Origin: Nitrososphaeraceae archaeon
GTDB taxonomy: Archaea; Thermoproteota; Nitrososphaeria; Nitrososphaerales; Nitrososphaeraceae
Assembly: GCA_025922715.1 (NCBI GenBank)
Contig: JAICHH010000001.1
Span: forward strand, 1,266 to 65,265
Direction: 5' to 3'
Length of the DNA stretch: 64,000 nucleotides
Position numbers and translations under genes: made by a program. This document shows, piece by piece, positions 30,700-41,101 of the stretch. The notes under the pieces were generated by a model. That model was not told the origin of the DNA, did no database searches, and saw only the letters and a list, made by a program, of their open reading frames with translations. Numbering within the stretch: the first letter of the stretch is position 1; each line of letters begins with the position of its first letter.

Positions 30700-31319
30700 T
30701 TATTTTTGTACTACTACGTTTATCTTTATTTATCCACTCTTTTTTATAGATAATATTTGCCAACTCTTTGATAATTAATAAAATGTAAAGTTATTCAATT
30801 TACATTAAAATTTTTTATTGTATCTCTTAAAATATACATAAAATCTTTTTGACTATTCCTCTATTATTTCTAATATTTTCAATAGCTTTGTTTAAAGAGT
30901 GTCCTGTAGTAATTATATCATAAATTAAAGGTATTTTTTAAGTTTTTTCCGACTTTTCTTCAACTAAATAATATTTCCTTAAACATTCGTTAATATCTAA
31001 TATAAATTAGTGATCTAAACATTTCCTATGTTAGTACAGAAATAAAAATTAATCCAGAAGTAGAAATTCTAGCAAGCATATCAAATTGGAGATTTTCGGT
31101 TGAATTTATCTCGTAATGCTATTGTTGGGTGATGAAATATTTTAGGAAAACTTTGCATTAACCTTGAATCAATATAAAAAAGACATTTTTACCACTCGCT
31201 AGTGAAATTACCAAACTTTAAAGAATGAGAGTTTATAGGAACGCTGCAAGGTTAGTTGTATACTATTGTTCATTATCTAATATGAAAAAGATTTATTTTA
31301 ATTCTTTATAATCATATCC

Positions 31320-32426
31320 ATGCCAGAAATATGGCTTGGTTATGGTTCCACAGATGTAGTGTTAGATATTAAACAAGAAAATTTACTGCACTGTTATCCA
31401 GAGTTAACTTTGTTATCTGATGAAAATATAAAGGAAATTCTAACTGATATGAAGTTTTCAAAGAAAACTCTCATTTTTCCATTATCCTCTTCAAAATCTA
31501 TTATAAAAATAATATCTTTTTTAATAGAAATTAATAAAACTGATATCACAAAGGAAATTGAAATTGGAACATTTTACGAATATTTTCTTCAAATTAAAAC
31601 TCATTTTGATGATAATATTAGAATTTTTCAAATGGATAAAAAAGATTTTTATGAAAACATCAAAAAATTTGATAATGTTATTTTTATTTCAAAGATTGGT
31701 TATGAACCTCTTTTTGGCTTCAGTGGAACTCCTTCTATACTGATAAGAAATTGTGTAAATGGTTTGATGGATGAAATTTTTCATTCTAATGAAATTATAA
31801 GTCCTAATTCTGGTCAAATAGGCGATCCACTTAAAATAGCATTAGAGTTTTATGATAAATTAGGTTTCTATTCTATCGAGGTTTTATCTAATCAATATGG
31901 AATTTCTCATATTTATTGTGGATTTAATTCAACATTTATTATATCGTCAATTTCAGATTTTAAATCAAAAACGAATTTTAATTTCAATGAGCAAAAGTCA
32001 TTAATAATTAGTGCAGGTGCAGAACCGGAAAATCATACCACTCTTACTAACTCGTTATATTCATTATGGAATTCTATTGGAATTTTAAAAAATCAAGGAA
32101 TGGCTGTTTTACTAGCAGAAAATAGCCATGGTATAGGTGATGGTGCTTTAACTATGTATTTAGAAGGTAAATTGAATCTTTCTCAAATCAAAAAAATCAA
32201 GTATATAAATGGATTAGAGCACCTAATTTACCTTGAGAATTTAAAGAATGAGTATAACCTAGGCCTAGTTTCTTCAATACCTTTCCATTATACTAAAACA
32301 AAATTAGGATTTAATACTTTTAATAATGTTAAAGAAGTTTTACAAAATATGCTTGCACGTTATGGAAAATCAAATAAGATTATGATTTGCCCTGATCCGA
32401 GTATTACATTTTTGATGAAACAATAA
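31320..32426 (+). CDS. divergent LarA/DUF2088 (lactate racemase-like) protein
   Basis: N-terminal IWLGYG, EPLFGFSG, LIISAGAEP, GMAVLLAENSHGIG, C-terminal KIMICPD mirror LarA-family motifs. Confidence 0.6.
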   Translation: MPEIWLGYGSTDVVLDIKQENLLHCYPELTLLSDENIKEILTDMKFSKKTLIFPLSSSKSIIKIISFLIEINKTDITKEIEIGTFYEYFLQIKTHFDDNIRIFQMDKKDFYENIKKFDNVIFISKIGYEPLFGFSGTPSILIRNCVNGLMDEIFHSNEIISPNSGQIGDPLKIALEFYDKLGFYSIEVLSNQYGISHIYCGFNSTFIISSISDFKSKTNFNFNEQKSLIISAGAEPENHTTLTNSLYSLWNSIGILKNQGMAVLLAENSHGIGDGALTMYLEGKLNLSQIKKIKYINGLEHLIYLENLKNEYNLGLVSSIPFHYTKTKLGFNTFNNVKEVLQNMLARYGKSNKIMICPDPSITFLMKQ

Positions 32427-32526
32427 GAATTATTTTTAATCGGATATACCTTCAATCTATTTACTTTTTAATAAGAATTTGTCCTATTATATAAAGTTAA
32501 ATACCTTGTCAAGTTAAATATAGAAA

Positions 32527-33024
32527 TTGCAATCTATTCTTAGAAGTGTTGGTGGTTATGTTATTCGTAGTTGCGAAGAAAAAGATCTCCCATTTGTTAT
32601 TAATATAAACATGATAACACTTCCAGAACATTATTCTGATTATTTTTTTAGTTCTATTTTAGCAGAATTACCTGAAGCATTTATTGTGGCGGAAATAAAA
32701 AATCAGATAGTTGGTTACATTATGTGTAAAATAGAATTTGGATTCTCAAATTTCAGAAAGTTAGGTTTTGTAAAGAAGGGCCATGTGGTATCCGTTGCAG
32801 TTTTAGAAGAACATCAAGGAAAAGGTGTAGGAACAGCATTAATGCTAGAAGGAATTAATGGTGTTATTATTAAAAAAACCGATGAAATCTATTTAGAAGT
32901 TAGAGTTAGCAATGAAAGTGCAGTTCAACTATACAAAAAACTAGGTTTTATTATAAAATCTCGATTAAAATCGTACTATCGTGACGGTGAAGACGCCTTT
33001 TTAATGGCCAAAGATCTTAGTTAG
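32527..33024 (+). CDS. rimI: N-terminal acetyltransferase (RimI/Ard1 family GNAT)
   Basis: LPEHY, GHVVSVAV..QGKGVG, LEVRVSN..A..LY..GF, YYRDGEDA. Confidence 0.92.
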   Translation: MQSILRSVGGYVIRSCEEKDLPFVININMITLPEHYSDYFFSSILAELPEAFIVAEIKNQIVGYIMCKIEFGFSNFRKLGFVKKGHVVSVAVLEEHQGKGVGTALMLEGINGVIIKKTDEIYLEVRVSNESAVQLYKKLGFIIKSRLKSYYRDGEDAFLMAKDLS

Positions 33025-33051
33025 ATATATAATATTTAAATTGGTTTTTTT

Positions 33052-33276
33052 ATGATAATGAAAAGTAACAGACCTACTGGCATTTTTCTTTTAATTGTTC
33101 CTACAGTAATTTTTCTAATATATATATATCTATTATTTGCTTCAAGTCTGGATTTGCTTATAATAAAACTTACCATTGTAGGAACTGTAGGAATAATTGT
33201 TTCCGTATTCATATGGATTGGATATACTATGATTTCTACTTCTAATCCTAGTGAAATTACAGATGATAATATTTAA
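33052..33276 (+). CDS. small two-TM membrane protein
   Basis: Two hydrophobic helices ending WIGYTMIST..P. Confidence 0.7.
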   Translation: MIMKSNRPTGIFLLIVPTVIFLIYIYLLFASSLDLLIIKLTIVGTVGIIVSVFIWIGYTMISTSNPSEITDDNI

Positions 33277-34115
33277 AGTATCCCTAAATCAAAAACCGTT
33301 TGATATATTCTAGGACCAACCTCTCTTATTACTCTTCCACAAATTATCTTATATTGGTAACATTGGAAATTATTATGGCAATGTACTTTTCCTTCTTCTA
33401 ATGCATTCAATTTACTTTTGGCTTTAATATGTGCAAAATAGTGAATAATTCCCTTATTATTTTCAAGAGCCATAACCGCTGAATCAATAAATTCTGCTGC
33501 TTGTTCTGGAAGTGGCATAAGAACTCTTGTAGCTTTACCCTTTAATTGAGTAGATATAATTGTTCTAGCATCACCCAAAATAGGAATAACTCTGTCTTGA
33601 ACTTTGTTTAACTTGGAATTAACAATACATAAATCGTGTGCATCAGGATTCGAATCTATACTATACACAAGACAATCAGGATTTTTTTTTGCAAGAATAA
33701 TTGAATAAGTTCCTATTCCTGCAAACATGTTAACGATTACTTCATTATTTCTTATCAACTTCGAAACTCTAAGTCTTTCAGTCGCAAGACGAGGAGAAAA
33801 ATATGTCTTTAATACATCTACTTTAAACATACATCCATATTCTCTATATTCTGTAAGTGATTTATTGATCCCTGTTAAAAAACATAGTCTTCTTGTTCTG
33901 TACTCTCCTTGTACTGAAGAGATTTGCTGAAAAACAGTTTTTACTGTCTTAATTTTATTTATCAGTATTTTTGCTATGATCTCTTTTTTCCCATCGAGTT
34001 CCTCTGGAATTTTAATTATTATTATATCGCCAATTATATCAAATGATGAATAAACCTTTTCAATTTCTTCTTTTGTAAATACATCTTTTAATGCATTTTT
34101 AAGCATTGATCCCAT
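33273..34115 (-). CDS. Trm5/Taw2 (Met-10+) family tRNA methyltransferase
   Basis: FDIIGDI, GEYR, YFSPRLATER, NMFAGIG, DSNPDA, GDAR, MPLP. Confidence 0.88.
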   Translation of the reverse strand: MGSMLKNALKDVFTKEEIEKVYSSFDIIGDIIIIKIPEELDGKKEIIAKILINKIKTVKTVFQQISSVQGEYRTRRLCFLTGINKSLTEYREYGCMFKVDVLKTYFSPRLATERLRVSKLIRNNEVIVNMFAGIGTYSIILAKKNPDCLVYSIDSNPDAHDLCIVNSKLNKVQDRVIPILGDARTIISTQLKGKATRVLMPLPEQAAEFIDSAVMALENNKGIIHYFAHIKAKSKLNALEEGKVHCHNNFQCYQYKIICGRVIREVGPRIYQTVFDLGIL

Positions 34116-34119
34116 GTCT

Positions 34120-35922
34120 TTATCTTTTTATGTAGTAATATTCTCCTGAATTTTTTTGTAATTTATCTAATTGACTTCCATTTTTATTTACTCGTGGTCT
34201 TCCAGTAGTCTCATCCCTTCTATACGTAATAGCTAATTCTCTAAGAAATTGGTTCATACCTTCTATCTTAGAGATGGGTTTGCTCGCTATACCGTCTAAA
34301 CCTGGCTTCCCATTAAATATTATTAAAGAATCAGAAACTATATCAATTAACTGCATATCATGATCAATAATTATTGCTGATTTTCCTTGCGCTCTTACAA
34401 ACCTCTGAATAAATTTTGCTAATGCTATTCTCTCCTCAATATCTAGAAAAGCTGAAGGTTCATCTAATGCATAAATATCAACATCTCTCATTAATGATAT
34501 TGCTATTGCTACTTTTTGTAATTCTCCTCCACTAAGATTCTTTATATTTTTTTCATACAGTTTTTTAACTCCCATTGGAATAATAATTTGTTCCTCTGCA
34601 ACACTTCCTTCTAGAATATTTTGATATGCTGTATATAATAATGACTTAACATCAGAATCATATTCTTGAGTTATATATTGTGGTTTATATGAAATTTTAG
34701 CATTAGTTTCTATCTTTCCATTATCCACATTTTCTACTCCTGCAATCATTTTCATAAAAGTTGTTTTTCCTAATGCATTTGCACCAATAACTCCTAAAAC
34801 CTCACCTTTTCTTATTTTTCCCTCGGAAACTTTTAGACGAAATGCGTTAAAATTTTTTTCTAATTCTGAATATTGACTAATAATATTGTTTAAAATAAAA
34901 TCATCAATAGGATTGAATGTATCAAATCTGAATTTTTTCTCTCTAAATCTTATATTTTCGGAGGGAATAAAACCGTCTAGAAAATTATTGATACCTGCCT
35001 TCGTAGACTGTAAACTGGAAACAATTCCATAAGCTCCAGATTCACCATATAGTATATGAATATAGTCCGATAAATAATCTAATAAAGTTAAATCATGCTC
35101 GATAACCATAACTGTTTTTCCTTTTGAAGCAAGATTTTGTATTACTTTAGCTACGGCTAATCTTTGATAAATATCATTATATGATGATGGTTCATCAAAG
35201 AAATAGTACTCTGCATCTTTAATTGCAGCAATAGTGACGGCTAATCTCTGTAATTCTCCTCCACTTAATTCATTTAGGTTTTTATTCAGGGAATTTTTCA
35301 AACCTAGTTTCTCAGAGATTTCATCTGCAGTTTTATTTTCATCAAATTTCTTTAAAATTTCATCTACAGTTCCTTTGAACACCTTTGGTATTTTATAGAT
35401 GAGCTGAGGTTTTATCGACACTTTAAAATTCCCATTAGCAATGCTTTCAAAATGTGACTTTAATTCAGAACCGTGAAATTTTTCAATAACATACTCCCAT
35501 TGAATATTTGAATCATAATTGCCAAGATTAGGTTTAAGATTACCTGATAATATATTTACAATAGTAGATTTGCCCATACCATTTCTACCAAGCAGACCTA
35601 CAACAGAACCTTTCTTTGGAGTCGGTAAATGATAGAGCCTAAAAGAATTTATTCCATATTGATGAATTTTATGTTCACCCAATTCTTTTGGTAAATTTAC
35701 TATTACAATTGCTTCAAAGGGACATTTTTTTACACATATTCCACAACCAGTACATAGATCTTCGGAAATCACTGCTTTTGCATCTTCTTCCCTTTGAACA
35801 ATGCATTTACCCCCTGTTTTATTTACTGGACAATAAATAATACATTCTAATCCACATTTTTTTGGTTTACATAATTCTTCATCCAAAACTGCTACTCTCG
35901 CCGTTGATTCAGGGTTTCCCAT
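34120..35922 (-). CDS. rli: ribosome recycling ATPase ABCE1/RLI
   Basis: N-terminal Fe-S Cys clusters (CKPKKC..C..CP; CTGCGICVKKCP) and two ABC domains (GRNGMGKS, GANALGKT, LSGGELQ). Confidence 0.97.
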   Translation of the reverse strand: MGNPESTARVAVLDEELCKPKKCGLECIIYCPVNKTGGKCIVQREEDAKAVISEDLCTGCGICVKKCPFEAIVIVNLPKELGEHKIHQYGINSFRLYHLPTPKKGSVVGLLGRNGMGKSTIVNILSGNLKPNLGNYDSNIQWEYVIEKFHGSELKSHFESIANGNFKVSIKPQLIYKIPKVFKGTVDEILKKFDENKTADEISEKLGLKNSLNKNLNELSGGELQRLAVTIAAIKDAEYYFFDEPSSYNDIYQRLAVAKVIQNLASKGKTVMVIEHDLTLLDYLSDYIHILYGESGAYGIVSSLQSTKAGINNFLDGFIPSENIRFREKKFRFDTFNPIDDFILNNIISQYSELEKNFNAFRLKVSEGKIRKGEVLGVIGANALGKTTFMKMIAGVENVDNGKIETNAKISYKPQYITQEYDSDVKSLLYTAYQNILEGSVAEEQIIIPMGVKKLYEKNIKNLSGGELQKVAIAISLMRDVDIYALDEPSAFLDIEERIALAKFIQRFVRAQGKSAIIIDHDMQLIDIVSDSLIIFNGKPGLDGIASKPISKIEGMNQFLRELAITYRRDETTGRPRVNKNGSQLDKLQKNSGEYYYIKR

Positions 35923-36040
35923 TTGTTTATATGTTTTACATTTATGTATTATATCTCTTGCTAGGTTGCATTTTTGATTGTTGTTAAGTGTGTTTTGAAG
36001 GTTTAAAAACGAATAAATTAACCTTATGATACTTTTTATT

Positions 36041-36156
36041 TAGCCGGTCATAGTGGCAGGGCGCGACCCGGACTCATACCGAACCCGGAAGTCAAACCTG
36101 TCGTCGCTGCCTAGTACTGACCTACGTGAGTGGTTGGGAAAGGGCAGTGCTGGCGT
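36041..36156 (+). rRNA. rrf: 5S rRNA (stand-alone)
   Basis: GCCGGTCATAG..ACCCGGACTCATACCGAACCCGGAAGTCAA..AGTACT..GGGAAAGGGCAGTGCTGGC; ends pair, GC-rich island. Confidence 0.95.
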
Positions 36157-36192
36157 TCTAAAATTATAAATTATATTAAAGGATGTTAAATT

Positions 36193-37665
36193 TTATAGAC
36201 CTTCACTCATAATAAACTTGATTATTGTTCGTATCCCAAAACCTGTTGCTCCTGGTGGATTATATGTTTTTGACAAACTTCCTTCCTGATTCCATGCTGT
36301 TCCTGCAATGTCAAGATGTACCCATGGTGTATTTTCTACAAAATTTGACAAAAAAGCTGCTGCAGTGATGGCCCCAGCAGCTCGTCCTCCGATATTTTTA
36401 ATATCTGCATTTTTACTTTTTATCTGCTCATGATGATCCTCTAATAATGGTAATTCCCACATTTTTTCATCGGTAACTTTGGATATGTCAAGAATTTTTT
36501 TGATTAATTTTTCATCATTACCTATTATGCCTGCTATATTACTACCTAGTGCTATAATACAAGCTCCTGTCAATGTGGCCATATCAATTATTAGTTTGGG
36601 TTTATATTGCTTAATTCCAAAGGAGAGTGCATCTGCAAGTATTAATCTACCCTCTGCATCTGTGTTAATGACTTCCACGCTTTTTCCATTATACATCTTG
36701 ATAATGTCACTAGGTCTGTAAGAAGAATTAGAAGGCATATTTTCAACTGCAGGAACTATTCCAATCACTTTATGTTTTATTTTTAAAGAAGATAATGATT
36801 TCATAATTGCAATAACGTTTACACCACCGCATTTATCAAATTTCATTTCCTCCATTTTCTCACTTGGTTTAAGCGAGATTCCACCAGAATCAAATGTTAC
36901 TGCTTTACCTACAAGTAAAATTGGATTCTCTTCTTTTTTAGTCCCTTCATATTTCAATACTATTAGTTTAGGAGTATTGATACTACCACCTCCTACAGAA
37001 ACTATTCCGTTTAATCCCATATCTTTCATAGAATCCAGACTTATAACCTTAGATTTAATTCCTTGATTTTTTAAATCCAACGCTATTTTTGCAAGATATT
37101 CTGGCGAACATTCATTAGGAGGTAAATTACTGATTTCTCTACCTAAATTCACAGATTGACATATCACAGATGTTTCATTGATTATTTTTTGAGATTCTTT
37201 TGAATTTGATTCTATCAATATCGAAACCTTATCGATAGTATTATTGTTGTTGGAATTTTTAAATTTTTCAAATGAATAAGATGAAAGTATAATTCCTTCT
37301 ACAAATGATTCCATTATATCTTTAGAGAAATTAAATGTAATAATAGAAAGTTCTTTTATTTTGAATTCTTTTGCATATTGAATTATTTTTCCAGAAATGA
37401 TTCTTGATTTTTCTGTATTAAATTCATTTTTGTTACCTAATCCTGCAAATAATATTTTTCTAGCGGGTAGTTTTGCAAATGTGTGTAATTCATTCAATAG
37501 TCCAAATTTATGAATATTGGAAATAATTTCTTTTCCTGCAATACTTATTTCCTCATTGAATTTATTAAGTAAATCTGAATAATCTTCATTGAGAAAACAG
37601 CCAATAACCAAAAGTTCTGTTCTTTTTTTACTTATCTTTGTTTCATCTGCTATAATTTTTAACAT
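36193..37665 (-). CDS. pepA: leucyl aminopeptidase (M17)
   Basis: GKAVTFDSGG, MKFDKCG, NTDAEGRLILAD, ATLTGA, HLDIAG. Confidence 0.95.
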   Translation of the reverse strand: MLKIIADETKISKKRTELLVIGCFLNEDYSDLLNKFNEEISIAGKEIISNIHKFGLLNELHTFAKLPARKILFAGLGNKNEFNTEKSRIISGKIIQYAKEFKIKELSIITFNFSKDIMESFVEGIILSSYSFEKFKNSNNNNTIDKVSILIESNSKESQKIINETSVICQSVNLGREISNLPPNECSPEYLAKIALDLKNQGIKSKVISLDSMKDMGLNGIVSVGGGSINTPKLIVLKYEGTKKEENPILLVGKAVTFDSGGISLKPSEKMEEMKFDKCGGVNVIAIMKSLSSLKIKHKVIGIVPAVENMPSNSSYRPSDIIKMYNGKSVEVINTDAEGRLILADALSFGIKQYKPKLIIDMATLTGACIIALGSNIAGIIGNDEKLIKKILDISKVTDEKMWELPLLEDHHEQIKSKNADIKNIGGRAAGAITAAAFLSNFVENTPWVHLDIAGTAWNQEGSLSKTYNPPGATGFGIRTIIKFIMSEGL

Positions 37666-37812
37666 AAATTATGAAAAACAACGATAATATTTTAAATTAT
37701 TGAATTGAGTTTTAATTGATGTGAATACTTTAATCATTTCTCCAGCTAGATTTTTATCTTTCTTTATATTTTGTTTCTCTATGCCACATTTGTGGTTTGA
37801 AGGTATTGATAT

Positions 37813-39450
37813 ATGATATTTCACATGCGTTACCTAGATCTAAAAAGAAAAATTCAAGAGATTAGAATTAATGCTATCAAAGGAATTGCTGAAGCAGGAT
37901 CCGGACACCCAGGAGCCTCTTTTTCTGCTGCTGAAATCATGGGTGTATTATATTTTAGGGAATTACGTCATGATCCTTCAAATCCCACCTGGGCAAGAAG
38001 AGATTATTTTATTAATTCAAAAGGACACTCGGCTCCAGGTTACTATGCAACGTTGGCAGTAGCGGGATATTTTCCAAAAAATGAAATGAAAGATTTAAGG
38101 AAATTTGGATCTAGATTGCAAGGTCATCCTGTAAGGTATTCAAAACTTTTAGAACATCATTCTGTACCCGGAGTAGAATATTCTGGAGGCTCAGAAGGTA
38201 TAGGTCTTTCTGTTTCAATTGGAATTGCTTTGGCAAATGTTATTGATAATAAAGATAACAATGTGTATGTTTTACTAGGTGATGGTGAGACAAATGAAGG
38301 TCAAGTATGGGAAGCTGCAATGACTGCACCTAAATTTAAATTAGATAATCTTGTAGCAATTTTGGATCGAAATAAAATTCAACAAGACGGGTTTACCGAG
38401 GATATAATGCCTCTGGATCCAGTACGTGATAAATGGGTGGCTTTTAACTGGAATGTAATAGAAATTAATGGACACAAAGTTGAACAAATAATGGATGCAT
38501 TGAACAAAGCTAGTGAAATCAAGGATAAACCTACTATTATAATTGCAAATACCGTAAAAGGAAATGGGATTAAACATATGGCTAATAATCCTCAATGGCA
38601 TGGTAAAGCACCTCATAATTTGCATATTCCATTATTAATCGAAGAATTAGAAGGAGAATATATGATAGCACCCTCAATAATCGCAGGGGAAAAAGAAAAT
38701 TATGAAGAAAAAATAAAAAAAGTTGAAAGAGGTGGAGCAGACATTATACATTTAGATGTGATGGATGGAATATTTGTCCCTAATATTACGTTTTTAGCAG
38801 ATACAATTAAAAAATTAAGACCAATAACCAATATACCCTTTGATGCACATCTAATGATTGAAAAACCATACGACCATATTGAGGAATATATAAACGCTGG
38901 TTGTGATATTATTACAATTCATGCTGAAACTTGTGATAATGAGAAATTCTGCTACATTCGAGAGAAGGTAATGTCTGCAGGAATAAGTTTAGGTATAGCT
39001 ATTAATCCACAAACTGAACTTCCAGAATGGACATTTTCTTATTTAAACGATATTGATGTCATAATAGTTATGTCTGTAAATCCTGGCTTTTCTGGACAAA
39101 AATTTATTCCTGATATAACATCCAAGATTAGCAAATTGAATATGACTTTAAAAAGGAGGGGATACAAAGGATATATTGAAGCTGATGGAGGTATTGATGC
39201 TTCTACTGTTCAAAGTGTATATGACGCTGGAGCACGAATTATGGTAGCAGGTAGCGCAGTTTTTTCTAATTCAGATATAAATACAGCAATTCTACAGTTA
39301 AAACATAAAACTAATGTCACGTTAGAAAGAAACCTATTAAAAAAAGCTGATGAAAATAGTACAAGAAAAGATTGGATTATTGCACGTAAGCACATTTTGA
39401 TACCTGTTGCTAATGAGCTGGGAATAGAAGATGAACTTAACCGACTTTGA
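37813..39450 (+). CDS. fusion of transketolase N-terminal subunit and ribulose-phosphate 3-epimerase
   Basis: SGHPG, SKGH, LQGHP, GDGETNEG, WHGKAP, then IAPSI, HLDVMDG.FVPN, DAHLMI, MSVNPGFSGQKF, DGG, VAGSAVF. Confidence 0.93.
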   Translation: MIFHMRYLDLKRKIQEIRINAIKGIAEAGSGHPGASFSAAEIMGVLYFRELRHDPSNPTWARRDYFINSKGHSAPGYYATLAVAGYFPKNEMKDLRKFGSRLQGHPVRYSKLLEHHSVPGVEYSGGSEGIGLSVSIGIALANVIDNKDNNVYVLLGDGETNEGQVWEAAMTAPKFKLDNLVAILDRNKIQQDGFTEDIMPLDPVRDKWVAFNWNVIEINGHKVEQIMDALNKASEIKDKPTIIIANTVKGNGIKHMANNPQWHGKAPHNLHIPLLIEELEGEYMIAPSIIAGEKENYEEKIKKVERGGADIIHLDVMDGIFVPNITFLADTIKKLRPITNIPFDAHLMIEKPYDHIEEYINAGCDIITIHAETCDNEKFCYIREKVMSAGISLGIAINPQTELPEWTFSYLNDIDVIIVMSVNPGFSGQKFIPDITSKISKLNMTLKRRGYKGYIEADGGIDASTVQSVYDAGARIMVAGSAVFSNSDINTAILQLKHKTNVTLERNLLKKADENSTRKDWIIARKHILIPVANELGIEDELNRL

Positions 39451-40408
39451 ATTAAGAAAAGGGGATATGCGATCTGCGTATGGCAATGCTCTGGTTGATT
39501 TAGGTACAATTAATAAAGATGTTGTCTGTGTGGGGGCAGATACTACTGATTCATTAAAAACAAAAAAATTCGGAGATCAATTTCCTGAACGTTTTTTTAA
39601 TATAGGAATAGCTGAGGCTAATCTTGTTTCTATTGCAGCAGGTTTAGCAATTGCTGGAAAAACAGCATTTGCAAGTACATATGCTGCATTTTTACCTGGA
39701 CGATGTTTAGATCAGATTCGTAATACAATATGTTATCCTAGTCTGGATGTTAAATTAGTAGTATCTCATGCTGGTTTAACAGTCGGCCCAGATGGAGCCT
39801 CACATCAGCAAATTGAAGATCTAGCTATTATGAGATCAATTCCTAACATGAAAGTCCTCGCACCTGCTGATTCTATATCTGTTTTCAAAATAATTAAAAA
39901 TATCGCAGAGATTCCAAGTCCATTTTATGTACGACTTGCTCGCCCCTCCTCAGAGATAATTTACGATGACAATGATAGTACCTTCCAAATAGGTAAAGGA
40001 AATATTTTGAAAGATGGTTCAGACATAACTATTATTGGTTGCGGATTGATGGTATATAAAGCTCTTAAAACAGCTAAAATATTAAAAGAAAAATACCATA
40101 TATCCGCTCGTATAATTGATTCTTATTCAATAAAGCCATTAGATAATGATATGGTGTTAAAAGCAGGACAAGAAACTGGCGCGATTATTACAGTTGAAGA
40201 ACATAATATAATAGGGGGCTTAGGTAGTGCCGTAGCAGAGATATGTTCTGAATATTATCCTTGTAGTGTAAAACGAGTTGGAGTTAGAGATACATTTGGA
40301 GAGTCTGCAAGAGATTCCGAATTAGATATTTTGCTAGAGCATTATGGCCTAACCGAAAAAGAAATAGAACGGGCTGTGCTATCTACCATTGATAAGTTAA
40401 AAAAATGA
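39431..40408 (+). CDS. transketolase C-terminal subunit
   Basis: GIAEANL, GPDGASHQ..ED, TVEEHNIIGGLGS. Confidence 0.94.
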   Translation: MNLTDFELRKGDMRSAYGNALVDLGTINKDVVCVGADTTDSLKTKKFGDQFPERFFNIGIAEANLVSIAAGLAIAGKTAFASTYAAFLPGRCLDQIRNTICYPSLDVKLVVSHAGLTVGPDGASHQQIEDLAIMRSIPNMKVLAPADSISVFKIIKNIAEIPSPFYVRLARPSSEIIYDDNDSTFQIGKGNILKDGSDITIIGCGLMVYKALKTAKILKEKYHISARIIDSYSIKPLDNDMVLKAGQETGAIITVEEHNIIGGLGSAVAEICSEYYPCSVKRVGVRDTFGESARDSELDILLEHYGLTEKEIERAVLSTIDKLKK

Positions 40409-41073
40409 AAATATTTCTTGATACCGCTAATCTCGCTTCCATTCGTCATTATTCTGAGATGGGAATGGTTGATGGAATAACAACTAATCCTACTCTTCTT
40501 TCAAAAGAAGGTGGAGATCCGGAAGAAATCATTAGAGAAATCATAAAGATAGTCCAAGGACCAGTTAGCCTAGAGGTTATATCTACTGAAATCAATCAAA
40601 TAATGGAAGAAGCATATATTCTCCAGCAATATGGTTCAAATGTTGTAATTAAGGTTCCAATGATTCCTGATGGATTAAAAGCAGTTAAAAAATTAAAAGA
40701 AGAAGGAATAGAAACAAATGTTACTCTTGTTTTTTCAGCTAATCAAGCGCTATTAGCTGCAAAGGCAGGAGCATCCTATGTAAGCCCATTTATTGGAAGA
40801 CTTGATGATATAGGTAATGAGGGCATGAGTCTTATCAGAGACATAAACCAAATTTTCAAAAATTATCAATATAATACTAAAATTCTTGTGGCAAGTATAC
40901 GTCATCCAATTCACGTGATTGAGTCTGCTAAAGTTGGTGCAGATGTAGTAACTTTACCACCTGATATTCTTGGAAAAATGTTTTTACATCCTCTTACAGA
41001 TAAAGGCTTAAAGACATTCATTTCAGATTGGGAAAATCTTAAGAAAACAAATCCCTCCATTAAGATTTTATAA
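40405..41073 (+). CDS. tal: transaldolase (FSA/TalC type)
   Basis: FLDTAN, GITTNPTL, VVIKVP, NVTLVFS, YVSPFIGRLDD, ASIR. Confidence 0.95.
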   Translation: MKIFLDTANLASIRHYSEMGMVDGITTNPTLLSKEGGDPEEIIREIIKIVQGPVSLEVISTEINQIMEEAYILQQYGSNVVIKVPMIPDGLKAVKKLKEEGIETNVTLVFSANQALLAAKAGASYVSPFIGRLDDIGNEGMSLIRDINQIFKNYQYNTKILVASIRHPIHVIESAKVGADVVTLPPDILGKMFLHPLTDKGLKTFISDWENLKKTNPSIKIL

Positions 41074-41101
41074 TTATATTTATCCTTATTTTTATGAACA
41101 A

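Noticed and set aside
30700-31319. Possible gene remnants in the long intergenic gap after tbp (similarly 24834-25332)
   Set aside because: Only short broken frames and AT-rich palindromes; no family recognisable
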